A stretch of 64,000 nt of DNA from positions 8,246,001 to 8,310,000 of the forward strand of contig OX442314.1 of NCBI GenBank assembly GCA_949358305.1, given 5' to 3'. The position numbers were made by a program, and so were the translations under genes. The notes beneath the pieces are model-generated. The model saw nothing but the letters and a program-made list of their open reading frames with translations, had not been told where the DNA came from and ran no database searches. How positions within the stretch are numbered: position 1 is the stretch's first letter; each line of letters opens with the position of its first letter. This document shows, one piece after another, positions 50,901 through 63,016 of the stretch. The stretch comes from Strigamia acuminata. Taxonomy: Eukaryota.

Positions 50901-53900
50901 GCAATAATTCGTTATTTCGCGATTCGTTATAAAGAGTTTCGACTGTATTAACTCGACAGAAAGTTTCCGTAGCAGAAAAATTTCAGAGCTAAAAAGTAAT
51001 CTTTTCTATTGCTGCTTCCCAAACTCGTCTGGCAGAAAAGCGGGTAAAAAACCCCAGATATAAATATCCCATAATTCCATTTGACAGCATTTATAAATGG
51101 ATGCCAGAAATGATTTAGTAGCAAAGCATAAGTACTACTGCTTTCTTTACAGTAGTGTGTATTAAATTAGCACTTCTCAAACTACATAATGTAGACGACC
51201 GGCATTTTTGTCTTAAGACTTCCGGAGTCAGAATTTGTTTAAAGGCTGAAATAGACCGACAACCATTTTGTTATACCAGATAATCAAAATGCATTATGTG
51301 TAACTCACATGTGGCGTTATTTTTAACAGAAAACTAGGGATTTTAACTTTTCTGGAAAACTGAGTACACGTAAACATGGTAAATGTGTTTTGGACCAATA
51401 ACCTAACATCTACTAATCTTAGTGTCTATAAGAGAAAGTTATGTCATAACAAATTGAAAACTAGGACTTCCTGCTCTGTTTCAGACGAGTGGGAAAAAGT
51501 CATTTCGTTTGCAGACCAATAAAATCTATAATTACAATTTTTTTTTTCCTTCTTACCGTAATCAGTGTTTTCAGGTTCCCAGCAGTTGGAGGGCCAAAAA
51601 TAAGGCGTCTGGAAAATGTAATAAATGTTAAGTGAAGATAATTTCTTCATAAATCATTCAAGTGATTAAAAATTCAAATAACCTAAAGACATAAAATTTT
51701 CAAATTTATTACAGGGTAAATGAAAGATAAAACAAATTGCATGCAATTGCAATCTATCAAACGATGAAAAGTAATAACAGCGACGCTAAGTATAGCGACT
51801 CTGAAGTAGCGACGCTAGAAAGAGCGACGCATTAAAGCACGACGCTGCGAATAGCATGCCACAAACATTGTATACAATCCCACATGGTTTGCACCAACAA
51901 CACGGTTAAACCTCGAGTGCCACGACTCAACAGAATTTGTTGTTCGCGGCTGTTGTGTGTTGTACACAAGGTGATTGCTCCAGACTTCAGGCGGGAATAA
52001 TGGTGGATTGCGAATGCCAGTTCGATGCCTTCTGCCTAAGACATAATTATTTTCCCACCGTAACATAGCTTCTGGTCAAAACTGAGGCTTCAGCAAAGCA
52101 TAAGCAGCTACAATGTCATTTGATGGCAAAAAACACTGCTGGCAGTGGACGCACGTTGTTCTTGCAGTATTTTACTTTCAGCCCTGATTCCATTACTCGC
52201 TTGTATACTGACTGCGCCAAGTGGAAGTAACATCCGTGAACTAAGACGTTGGGAAACACCTGCTTTGCTGCATTCATGGCTCCAATTTCAAAGTCACTGA
52301 TGAAAAAAGTCGGATCTAGTACAACAGAAAACAATTCCCTAACGAGACTCATCACCTTCTCAAACACGCTGCCTTGGTTTTGTGCTCCATCAGACAGAAC
52401 GCAACCGGAAAAGTTCGTTTTGTTTCATCACGCACACCCACCTGGAAGTGAAGTGTGTACAGTTGCTTAAATAAGCCTGGAAATGTCCGTAAAGTCCCAT
52501 CTCCAAGCAAACTCTCAGCTCTTGTCAGTTGCTTAAGGTTCCTCTTTGTTGTAAATAGAAACATTCTGGATCCGCACGCAGTTTGCAACATATACATGAA
52601 CCGTTCTCCTCTAAGGGTGTTCCGAAAAGGTAAAATGGGTGTTCTAGTATACGCGATCAGATTTTTTTCGTATCAAACTACTCATTTCTAACTTTTTAAA
52701 AGCATTTATCATGTGATAATTTCCTTTTACCCACAAAAAGCAATTCAATCAACACATTTAATCAAAAACCACTTTCCAAATTATAGATTTTTGAATAAAA
52801 CCAACTCCCCAGAGATGCAGTGAAATGTTTCCATTTCTCTCACCACAAGTTGGGATATAATCAGTCCCATCACCAGACAACTTACTTGTGGTTCTGTAAC
52901 CAAACTCCCAAAAGACTACTCAATAAAAGCCAAGTCCAAACTGCAACTCCCCACTCTCCATACCTGCAACCCATTTGCTTTTGCCCCTTGCTGAAACAAA
53001 CCTATTCTGTTCTTCCTCCATTCTAAGCCAAATAATTCTAAAAACGCATAAAACCACCACAAGAGGATGCTGATTGCAAATAGAAACTAGTGATTATATT
53101 TAGAAGTTAGTTTTGAACTTGGGCCATTCCTTATGAGTTAAGAAGGATCATGTGGCCTACTACAATCGAACTTCGTTATAACAAACCGCGATATAACAAA
53201 TTTTCCGTTATATTGAATATAAATATATTGCATGCATTTATGCATTTATCCGATCTCTAGTTATAACTGGTTACTGTTGAGTGGTAAAAATTGCTTATTA
53301 ATAACACTAGCTGGCATAACCCCTTCTGCCCTATTAATATTTTCAATGTCCAAAAATAGTAGCGTATAATTAAACTAAAATTGCATTCTTAATGAAAAGT
53401 GCTATTTGCACATTCTCTCTCTCCACAGGTCACTTTAGAGTTTGCTGTACATCAACACTAACTAAGCATATGGACATAACCTAGGGATTACCACTTGTTA
53501 TTAGAGCACTAAAATGCAAATTATTCATAAAATCAGCAACAGCTGTTGTGTGGCAATTGTGGTCTAACATTTGAAGAAATAAATGCTTGTAACACCTGTA
53601 TGTACAATGTGACCTTCTCCCACAAAAGGTCAACAACAGTGTGATTTTTAAAAAGCAAAATTGACCTCAGATAGTAAGTGTTATTCAATTTTGAAAGCCG
53701 CCAAAGTCGACTTTATTTGACTTCGCTTTCAAGTCTTGTGGAAGCAGCTTATCATCTTAAAATGGCTTTTTCAAGGGGAAGTGATGAATAATTTGTAATG
53801 AGTTTGTAAAAGTCATACTTCACAAGTCATTTTTATGTTGGTTATAGAATTTGTTGACCTCTGCTTGGAGCTGCCGGAAGTGGTGCTTGAGCATGGGCCC

Positions 53901-56900
53901 AGGCTTTCCTATGAATCCAGTGTCATAACAACTAATCAATGGACCGCTCAGTGAGCATTTCTTTGAGGAAATAAATTTTAATACATGGAAAATTTTGATG
54001 TATTTTGATGTATTTGGACATATTTGGGATTTTTTTTTAATAATTTAGAAGAATTTTGAAACTTTCGACAAAATTTTTGACAAATTTTGACAAAATTTTG
54101 ACAAATTTCGACAAAATTTTGACAAATTTCGACAAAATTTTGACAAATTTCGACAAAATTTTGACAAATTTCGACAAAATTTTGACAAATTTCGACAAAA
54201 TTTTGACAAATTTCGACAAAATTTTGACAAATTTCGACAAAATTTTGACAAATTTCGACAAAATTTTGACAAATTTCGACAAAATTTTGACAAATTTCGA
54301 CAAAATTTTGACAAATTTCGACAAAATTTTGACAAATTTCGACAAAATTTTGACAAATTTCGACAAAATTTTGACAAATTTCGACAAAATTTTGACAAAT
54401 TTCGACAAAATTTTGACAAATTTCGACAAAATTTTGACAAATTTCGACAAAATTTTGACAAATTTCGACAAAATTTTGACAAATTTCGACAAAATTTTGA
54501 CAAATTTCGACAAAATTTTGACAAATTTCGACAAAATTTTGACAAATTTCGACAAAATTTTGACAAATTTCGACAAAATTTTGACAAATTTCGACAAAAT
54601 TTTGACAAATTTCGACAAAATTTTGACAAATTTCGACAAAATTTTGACAAATTTCGACAAAATTTTGACAAATTTCGACAAAATTTTGACAAATTTCGAC
54701 AAAATTTTGACAAATTTCGACAAAATTTTGACAAATTTCGACAAAATTTTGACAAATTTCGACAAAATTTTGACAAATTTCGACAAATTTTTGACAAATT
54801 TCGACAAAATTTTGACAAATTTCGACAAATTTTTGACAAATTTCGACAAATTTTTGACAAATTTCGACAAATTTCGACAAATTTTTGACAAATTTCGACA
54901 AAATTTAAACGAATTTTGACAAATTGCAACACATTTCGACAAATTTCAACAAATTTCGACAAATTTCAACAAATTTCGACAAATTTCAACAAATTTCGAC
55001 AAATTTCAACAAATTTCGACAAATTTCAACAAATTTCGACAAATTTCAACAAATTTCAACGAATTTCAACAAATTTCAACGAATTTCACAAATTTCAACA
55101 AATCCATAAATTTTTGATCTTTTATTACCAAATTTAAAAATCTCTATTTCCAACAACCTCTCCTATCTCCAACCCAGCTTTAAAAACCATAAAAATTCCA
55201 TGTCTATTTCTAGTCAACCCTTGCAGTCAATAAATTCTGCCATTCCTGCATCCCTTCCATCACTAATGATGTTCAAATTGACCATTACCAAAACTCGCTG
55301 ACAAAATACCCTCCATAACTCCACAAGCAACAACCAGAGACAGAGACAAATGCTTCCACACACCAGCAATATCTCACAACTAACATGAAAACCATTTCAA
55401 TTTATTGCCTCATCTGCATTTCCCATCAATCTATTCAATTTGCCAGCAGTAAATCGAGGGTCGGCTCTTACCGCTGTCAAATCAATACAAGTAGAATTTC
55501 TCAGCCGGAGACAGATTCTCTTCTTCCCCTTCGGCGGAAGTCGTTTAAAGCAAAACTCACGTAAAGTCTGAATTTCCAAAGCGCCATTGAGAGCAATGAA
55601 ATCTCCCCGGCACGTTCCCGGCCCCCTTCTGCCGTGCAACCGACGCCGCAACTACAAATGCCTCTTTCACCCTTCCAAACCGCCTAGAATGTAAATGGTC
55701 ACGTTTTTCGGTTCAAATTGCTTCGCTGCATCTTTCTCGACTGCTAACTCCAGAATGTCATAGACATACTTCGTAAGGAAATGTAAAACTGGTAGCCATC
55801 AACCACCGTTGAAGATCCACAAACTTTTATTGCTGTTTATCTTTTTCGATGAAATTAAAGTGCAGTTATCTTCCAGTTTACTTCGGCTTTGTGCAGTACA
55901 GGTCTAACTTTGCTATTACAAACACCGTTAGAACGAAATCCTCATTAGAGAGTTTGCGGGATGCATTTTTCCCTTACAGTTAAAGACTATAACGGTATAA
56001 AAATAGTGTAAGGGAAAAATGCTAAATTAATTTTTTGCGGGCTGCATTTTCTCCTTATCACTACACTATTTCAGCCAACTACTGACAGTTAGTAATTTTG
56101 GGCCTAAAAATTCAATTTGGGGGCATAAATGTGCAGATTTCTGCATAAAATTCCATTATTACGCCTATAAAGAATGGTTTTGGGCCTAAAATTCAATTTT
56201 GGGCCTCACTTATCATTCAATCTACGTACCTATGACTGTGATGTGTTTGATCGGGACAACAAAATAATCGCCATTTGCAATGGGCAGAGCTAACAATAGA
56301 GGGTGGTTTAGAAAGTCTGGTTCACAGTAAATAATTCCCAAATTGTTCTAGATGTTGATTCAGCAAAATGATTGTTAAGGTAGTATGTCGGGGGAAATCC
56401 AATTATGACATCCAATTTGACCTCTGAGGTCATCTTCAAGGTCATCCATATTGTAACTCGAGAACCGTGACAGTTAGAGCAAAAAGGTGAATTAGAAAGT
56501 TGTAGAGCATAATCCAATTAGTCTAGAACTGTTCTTAAAAAAATTATCTTTTACTGAAAAGTTTTGAGAAAAAAAGGTTTGAAATGTTAGCCTACTCAGC
56601 TTTGTAACCTAAAACTATCATGTGGAATGTATTTCCAAAGTAAATTATTTCCTTTCTTTTGTTTCCTCTCTTCCACTTACAAGTATGGCCCAATAAAGTG
56701 TCCTAATTGAGGATTAGTTTGGTTGCCTCAATAGTTTTAGGTTACAAAGCTGAGTTACAATGCTGAGTAGACTAATGTTTCAGACCTTTTTTCTCAAATC
56801 TTTTCAGTAAGAAATAATTTTTTAAAGAACAGTTCTAGACTAATTGGATGATGCTCTACCACTTTCTAATTCACTTTTTTGCTCTAACTGTCACGGTTCT

Positions 56901-59900
56901 CGAGTTACAATATGGATGACCTTGAAGATGACCTCAGAAGTCAAATTGGATGTCATAATTGGATTTCCCCCGACATACTACCTTTACAATCATTTTGCTG
57001 AATCAACATCTAGAACAGTTTGAGAATTATTTACTGTGAACCAGACTTTCTGAACCACCCTGTATAGTGTTCTCAATTCTGATTGGCTGCGCTATATTTT
57101 AACTTAGTGTTGAAAACGATACACTAAAGATTTTTCCCTTACGATATGGCACTAAACTAGTGTATCGTGGAGCAAAATAAAGGAAAAATGCATCCCGCAA
57201 ACTCTATTATAAAGGAAAAGTCACTGCCGCAAACTATGAAATTTATGATTTCACTTACAGTCGAGACCTCGATATAACTACATTATCTACCGCGACTCGG
57301 GTAACTGCAACTGCATGTATTTTTGGTTCATCTTTTTCTTTGTCTTAATAAGGGGGGCCTGGCAGTTGTCTCTTTATTTAATTTTTCCAATTTTCCTGGA
57401 AGTTCCAGCTAGAAAAAACTCCACACTTGTCTGCAACACTGACTGTGATGATTGCATTTTTTAAGTAATGTTTGAAGGTGAATAGTCCTGAAGAACATCT
57501 CTGAGTCCTGATTGATAGAATGCTGAAAGTCTTGCTTGATAAAATGCATTTTTCCTTCAAAATTAAATCATCTTCCACACTGTTGACATGCTAAAATAGA
57601 TCATGCAAATGGACTGTGTCTGCAGAAACTCTACTTTGTTTGTCCAAACAATTTTGAAGTGTTGTTCACAAAAGAACATCAAATTCATACATATTTGCAA
57701 GATTCCCATTTGGGAATCATTTGAAATGCAAAAGAAAAATTGATTTTCCTAGGATTGTCAACACAAACAATTGGCAAATTGGAAATCAGTAAATTACAAG
57801 TTGGCAACTTGCAACACCTGAATAAAATTCTCTTGCATTTCAACTAATATTATGACAAGTGGTCACAAAATTCAATCAACATCAAGCAAATTTTCAATAA
57901 CCATGTAGCAACTTGCTTTGCTCTAATTACTGACATTGTACACTCATTATCAATTGCTAATGGTAAAACCCAGCCCTTGAGAAACAGACAGATGCCATTA
58001 ATTAAGTTGAATTTAAAGTGCATATGTCCACATTAACTCCAGCAAATTTACACTAAGCTTTAATTGAAGTAAACAAAACTCCTTTCCCATTGTTTGTGCA
58101 TAAAAAAAGTTCACAAAATGGTGCTTAATTAGTCCTATTTGCATGTTCTGCGAACTTGATTCTATCAGTTGCCGCATAGAAATGAGAATTTTAATTTTCT
58201 TTTATGCCTGAGTAAAAGAACTTGTCAGACATGACAAGAAATTATCAGTGTATAAAGCTAGGTTTACACTTGTGTTCACACTAGGCGCAACACAAGAAAA
58301 CAGATGGAATGCAAGCTGCTTGCGTCCAAAAATTCTTGACGTTGACGCCAATTCCTGCTTCGACTCCAAGTTGAAGTAAGCGACGCAACGCAAGGAAAGT
58401 TATTGCGAACAACCAATCACGATCGACTCAAACTCTCGTCGATTCACGTCTGGTTGGTGAGACTTTGCCACATGCAAACAAGCCGCCATTTTCGGATTCT
58501 GGAACTAGTTCTAGAACCAGATCCAATTCCAGGTTTCATTGAAACCATCTGATTGGCCAGACGCAACATCAGCTCGTGGGTCGATGAAGAACGCAGACGA
58601 CTGCGTGAATTAATGTGAATTGCAGGACACATTGAACATCGACATTTCGAACGCACATTTGTTTCAGCTCTGTTCACACGTGCCCTACAGTGTGAACAGA
58701 CTCTGCGTTGCGTTTGACTAATTTTTCCTTGCGTTGTGTTGCGTTTAGTGTGAACACAAGTGTGAACCTAGCTTTACAGACTCCACAAAATCCAATAGAA
58801 GTTTCTGTGGTTGTCAGAGAGAAATAAATTGTCACATCTGCATTTTTACAATTATAGACAAAAAAAAATTTCCTTTCAGTTCAAATCAAACTATCCCACA
58901 ATGCTCTTTATGTTAGAAAAATAAACTCAAATTACCTGGAACCTGTAAAAAGTGCCATCACATTTTACAGTTAGGATATGGTCATCGATGGGGAAAAAGT
59001 ATCCATGGGCGGCCATCAAATGGGCCAGGTGAAGGGCTTCGGCTAAAATAAACATTGAAAAGTTAATGTCCATATATTCAACCGTTAGGATCTATTATTT
59101 TAACAACTTTTCCACGATTTATGGTGTATGATACAGCATTGTCTCATGTACAGTGACACCTGGTGGTAAAATTGCAAAAATTTTGCTAAATCATAAAGCA
59201 TGTAAGTAATTTTTATTAAGTTATTGGACAAGCCGTAAGTAACATCATTTATTTGTTGATATTATTCAATTTGTTAACCCTAAGCAATACAATGCCAGAA
59301 TGCGTCGTGGCTAATTTGCATGAATTTCTATTAGAATTAATGGAGTTTATCATTGAAATTCTAATAGTAGTCACATTGCAGAATGCCCGATTATGGTGAT
59401 TCTAATTTCTCAGGTTTAAATGTTTAATTTTATTTTAATTTTGCAGCTAAGTGGTTTGCCGGAGTTTGTTCCAAATTGCTGTGGAATGAAAATGTGATGT
59501 GGGTTTAAAAAAATATATTAGGATGTTTTAGTAGATTTTCTTCTCATGTTTGGCTTATTATTCCAATTTATGGGTCATTATATTCAGAAATAAACTCAAG
59601 TAAAACCGATTGAAATTGATAGGTATCTATACCATCAAAATAAAAAGTGGGATTTATAAGGTTAAGTGCAAAAACTTTGCAGGTTAAATAATTTAATTTT
59701 AAGTTAAAACTAAGTAATTTTAATGCAAAAATGCACTATTTTAATGCAAAAATGCACTATTTTAATGCAAAAATGCACTATTTTAATGCAAAAATGCACT
59801 ATTTTATGCAAAAATGCACTATTTTAATGCCAAAATGCACTATTTTAATGCAAAAATGCACTATTTTAATGCAAAAATGCACTATTTTAATGCAAAAATG

Positions 59901-60558
59901 CACTTTTAAGGTAAAATTCCACTTAAGAATGCAGAGAAATGCATTTTTAGTCCAAAAATGTTATTAAAAAGTGCTAAAATGTTCTATCCAACTGTAAAAA
60001 TGCATCTCTCCTTGCTGAATCCATTTTTCAGTTCAATAATGCATTTAATGTTACTTAACAAATCAATCAAATTCTACAGTTGCACTTACTTTGATCCTCT
60101 ACATCTAAATTCTTCATCATCCAAGTGACTAAGTCCTGACCTAAAAAAAAATCACAAATAAATAAATTTTTATAAAAAAATCACAAATAATTAATTTTTT
60201 TTTTAAAAATTACAAATAATTAATTTTTTTTAAAAAAATTACAAATAATTAAAATATTAAAAAAAAATTACAAACAATTAAAATATTTAAAAAAAAAATC
60301 ACAAATAATTAAAATATTAAAAAAAAATCACAAATAATTAAAATATTAAAAAAAAATCACAAATAATTAAAAAATTTAAAAAGAAAAATAATTTAAAAAT
60401 TTAAAAAGAAAAATAAGATAACTAAATATATAGATAAAATAATTAACCAATCACCACTCACCAGTAAAGACACTAGGAATTTTGGACATAAAACTCTTGA
60501 CAGTTTTGACAGGAATTCCTGCTTGTTCATCTTGCATTCTTTCAACTATCAATTCCAT
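29987..60558 (-). CDS. RGS7: Regulator of G-protein signalling, R7 family (RGS7/RGS6/EGL-10-like; DEP-DHEX-GGL-RGS), 5'-partial
   Basis: Exons (minus): 60558-60462, 60140-60090, 59042-58936, 51608-51557, 49953-49812, 49751-49670, 44998-44924, 40622-40533, 40470-40409, 40349-40236, 39345-39220, 39143-39069, 38999-38888, 36648-36556, 30037-29987. They join in frame (1329 nt, 442 aa): [149 protein letters not shown]. The last exon is the least certain. The first visible exon is preceded by an acceptor, so an upstream exon is likely outside the window. Confidence 0.93.
30755..31091. mobile_element. MITE, TATACTC-terminal family (copy 1)
   Basis: ~45-bp inverted termini. The internal segment is shared with copies at 31321, 37202 and 46809. 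Confidence 0.55.
31321..31742. mobile_element. MITE, TATACTC-terminal family (copy 2)
   Basis: TIR TATACTCTT..AAAAGGGTGGCCTTCTCCCATTGGCCGAGCCG is mirrored at 31693-31742. Confidence 0.65.
35530..36065. repeat. Minisatellite, ~28-30 bp unit (GTTAAAATTCAACAATT..AAATTTTT)
   Basis: Directly visible tandem copies. Confidence 0.9.
36733..36965. mobile_element. hAT-type MITE
   Basis: TIR CAGGGGTCGGCA/TGCCGACCGCTG with 8-bp flanks GGTTAAGT/GGTTAGGT (1 mismatch). Confidence 0.7.
37202..37542. mobile_element. MITE, TATACTC-terminal family (copy 3)
   Basis: TATACTCTAACCAACTAC..TTTCTCCCA mirrored at the right end. The interior is similar to the other copies. Confidence 0.55.
38270..38761. mobile_element. 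PIF/Harbinger-type MITE (uninterrupted copy; second copy at 55948-57206)
   Basis: TTA TSD, TIR AGAGTTTGCGG/CCGCAAACTCT, and high similarity to 55948-57206. Confidence 0.8.
39680..39900. repeat. Perfect 20-bp tandem repeat (CACCCAAAAATTGATTTTTG), with degenerate flanking arrays to ~40090
   Basis: About 10 identical units. Confidence 0.95.
40870..41410. repeat. 20-bp tandem repeat (AAATCTTTAGTAAATCCATG)
   Basis: Directly visible tandem copies. Confidence 0.92.
43944..44510. mobile_element. MITE with ACCATGTTTACAT termini
   Basis: ACCATGTTTACAT ... ATGTAAACATGGT, with internal TCCAGATAA repeats. A related end occurs at ~51345-51380. Confidence 0.5.
45350..46060. repeat. Composite repeat (CGACGAAATG units in both orientations plus ~32-bp TGGCCAAATT array)
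   Basis: Directly visible repeats. Confidence 0.8.
46809..47693. mobile_element. MITE, TATACTC-terminal family (copy 4) containing a nested element
   Basis: Inverted termini (AACTATAAGGTTAGCCTTTCTCCCATTGGCC) with an insertion at 47018-47492. Confidence 0.6.
47018..47492. mobile_element. piggyBac-like MITE nested in the previous element
   Basis: TIR CCCTCAGATGGACAA/TTGTCCATCTGAGGG at a TTAA site. The homologous copy at ~37400 has the empty site. Confidence 0.7.
47823..48853. mobile_element. ~1-kb palindromic PIF/Harbinger-type MITE with tRNA-Ser-derived segments (copy 1)
   Basis: Arms of ~490 bp are near-perfect reverse complements. 3-bp TSD TCA in CAC-TCA-GTG context. tRNA-like segment at ~48178-48250 and mirrored in the other arm. 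Confidence 0.85.
50412..50945. mobile_element. Tc1/mariner-pogo-type MITE
   Basis: TA flanks and TIR (C/T)AGTCGAAACTCTTTATAACGAAT. Confidence 0.75.
51815..52650 (-). pseudogene. MULE (Mutator-like) transposase remnant, frameshifted
   Basis: [41 protein letters not shown] and [20 protein letters not shown] motifs, split across three ORFs. Confidence 0.88.
54060..55090. repeat. 21-bp satellite (GACAAATTTCGACAAAATTTT) grading into a 10-bp unit array
   Basis: About 40 near-identical units, followed by ACAAATTTC(A/G) repeats. Confidence 0.97.
55948..57206. mobile_element. PIF/Harbinger-type MITE (copy 2) carrying a nested element
   Basis: TTA TSD, same TIR and body as 38270-38761. Confidence 0.8.
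56299..57062. mobile_element. Tc1/mariner-type foldback MITE nested in a Harbinger MITE
   Basis: TA flanks, (C/G)AGGGTGGTT termini and ~320-bp inverted arms. It is absent from the copy at 38270. Confidence 0.8.
58256..58773. mobile_element. MITE with AGCTAGGTTTACACTTGTGTTCACACTA termini
   Basis: ~28-bp TIR with TAA/TTA flanks (not an identical TSD). Confidence 0.6.
59716..59905. repeat. 21-bp tandem repeat (AAAAATGCACTATTTTAATGC)
   Basis: About 8 copies. Confidence 0.9.
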
Positions 60559-60965
60559 CTAGAAAGACAAATAAAAAAAAATTTCCAAAATTAATAACTC
60601 AAAAATTAAAAAAAATAAATAAATAATAATATAAATTCACTTGGAAGTGACATTTCCTGTTCTATGTTGACTGTTGGCATTTTGATTTAAGCCTATTTCT
60701 GGATTTGCGAAAACATTTGTTGTTGATATGACAAGTGCATGATACGGTGTATTACAACTCACACAATGTCAAGATGAAAGCAAATCAATAGACTTCTGCA
60801 ATGGCACAACAAACCAATATTCTTTTCATCAAAATCCAAAAAATAATAACAAACCAAACCCACACATTAACGCTCACATTTTAGATACAAAAATGTACAT
60901 TTTAGATACAAAAATGGACTTTTTAGATACAAAAATGCACTTTTTAGCTGAAAAATGCACTCTTA

Positions 60966-61991
60966 CAAGGGGAGAGCACCAATAAGCTATCACAGATTGT
61001 TGTAATATTAAACAAGAAGGATTGTTATATCATGCTGAATGAGACCCTAAAATAATTTCATTCCATGAACAGCCAACAATGCAAACAATGAGCTGAAAGT
61101 TGGCACTATTTTGTCTGTGTATACATCAAATCTGAGCAATCAGGCCTAGTGTATGAATACTGTAAACAACAGTTGCTAGGTAAAAAATAGTTCCAAGATC
61201 CAAGTTCAATTTTATCATTTGAGATTCAATGATGTCATTTCCTCTTTTGATATCACATGACATATGACATCAGAACTTTGTTCAACAACATGACTGTCTT
61301 CATGAAGACAATAATAGTTTGTAGTGGTGGTTCAGTGGTTAAGGCAATGGACCAGGAATCTTTCCACACAGGTTCAAATCCTGTTGGGTGTGAATATATT
61401 TACATTTATTTTTTGTTAAATTTTAGCAGTTATTTTAATGTTTGTAATTTTATATTTGTTTCCAGAAAATTTTAATTTGGTTAATTTTAATTTTTTAACA
61501 AATATAAAATTACAAACATTAAAATAACTGCTAAAATTTAACAAAAAATAAATGTAAAAATTTTCACACCCAACAGGATTTGAACCTGTGTGGAAAGATT
61601 CCTGGTTCATTGCCTTAACCACTGAACCACCACTACAAACTATTATTGTCTTCATGAAGACAGTCATGTTGTTGAACGAAGTTCTGATGTCATATGTCAT
61701 GTGATATCAAAAGAGGAAATGACATCATTGAATCTCAAATGGTAAAATTGAACTTGGATCTTGGAACTATTTTTTACCTAGCAACTGTTGTTTACAGTAT
61801 TCATACACTAGGCCTGATTGCTCAGATTTGATGTATACACAGACAAAATAGTGCCAACTTTCAGCTCATTGTTTGCATTGTTGGCTGTTCATGGAATGAA
61901 ATTATTTTAGGGTCTCATTCAGCATGATATAACAATCCTTCTTGTTTAATATTACAACAATCTGTGATAGCTTATTGGTGCTCTCCCCTTG
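60966..61991. mobile_element. ~1-kb palindromic PIF/Harbinger-type MITE with tRNA-Ser-derived segments (copy 2)
   Basis: TTA TSD and near-perfect palindrome. tRNA-like segment at 61321-61393, mirrored at ~61564-61637. Confidence 0.85.
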
Positions 61992-62012
61992 TTAGTCACA
62001 AAAATGTACTTA

Positions 62013-63016
62013 CGAGGGGAACACATGTATAAGATACTCACAGATTGTTGTAATAATAAACATGGAGAATTGTTGTATCATGCTGAATGCAACCCTAAAG
62101 TAATTTCATTCCATAAACAGCCAACAATGCAAACAATGAGCTCAAAGTTTGCACTATTTTGTCTGTGTATTCATCCAATCTGAGCAATCAGGCCTAGTGT
62201 ATGAATACTGTAAACAACAGTTGCTAGGTAAAAAATAGTTCCAAGATCTAGGTTGAATTTTCTCATTTGAGATTCAATGATGTCATTTCCTCTTTTGAGA
62301 TTCAATGATTGCATGACATCAGAACTTTGTTCACCAACATGAAGACAATAATAGTTTGTAGTGGTGGTGCAGTGGTTAAAGCAATGGCCTAGGAATCTTT
62401 CCTCACAGGTTCAAATCCTGGTGTGTGTGAAAATTTTTACTTATATTTTTTACTTTTTTTTAGCAGTAATTTTAATGTTTGTAATTTTATGTTTGTTTTT
62501 AGAAAACTTTAATTAATTAATTTTAATTTTTAACAAACATAAAATTACAAACATTAAAATTACTGCTAAAAAAAAGTAAAAAATATAAGTAAAAATTTTC
62601 ACACACACCAGGATTTGAACCTGTGAGGAAAGATTCCTAGGCCATTGCTTTAACCACTGCACCACCACTACAAACTATTATTGTCTTCATGTTGGTGAAC
62701 AAAGTTCTGATGTCATGCAATCATTGAATCTCAAAAGAGGAAATGACATCATTGAATCTCAAATGAGAAAATTCAACCTAGATCTTGAAACTATTTTTTA
62801 CCTAGCAACTGTTGTTTACAGTATTCATACACTAGGCCTGATTGCTCAGATTGGATGAATACACAGACAAAATAGTGCAAACTTTGAGCTCATTGTTTGC
62901 ATTGTTGGCTGTTTATGGAATGAAATTACTTTAGGGTTGCATTCAGCATGATACAACAATTCTCCATGTTTATTATTACAACAATCTGTGAGTATCTTAT
63001 ACATGTGTTCCCCTCA
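62013..63016. mobile_element. ~1-kb palindromic PIF/Harbinger-type MITE with tRNA-Ser-derived segments (copy 3, diverged subfamily)
   Basis: TTA TSD, near-perfect palindrome, homologous to copies 1 and 2. Confidence 0.85.

Noticed and set aside
53978..55137. ~300-aa ORFs in four frames (VEICQNF/LSKFVKI/FDKILTN repeats)
   Set aside because: They are translations of a stop-free 21-bp satellite in an RGS intron, open on both strands, with no coding signal.
61321..61393. Functional tRNA-Ser genes in the palindromic MITEs
   Set aside because: The acceptor stem does not pair, the variable arm is missing and the anticodon region differs between copies. They are treated as tRNA-derived promoter-like sequence.
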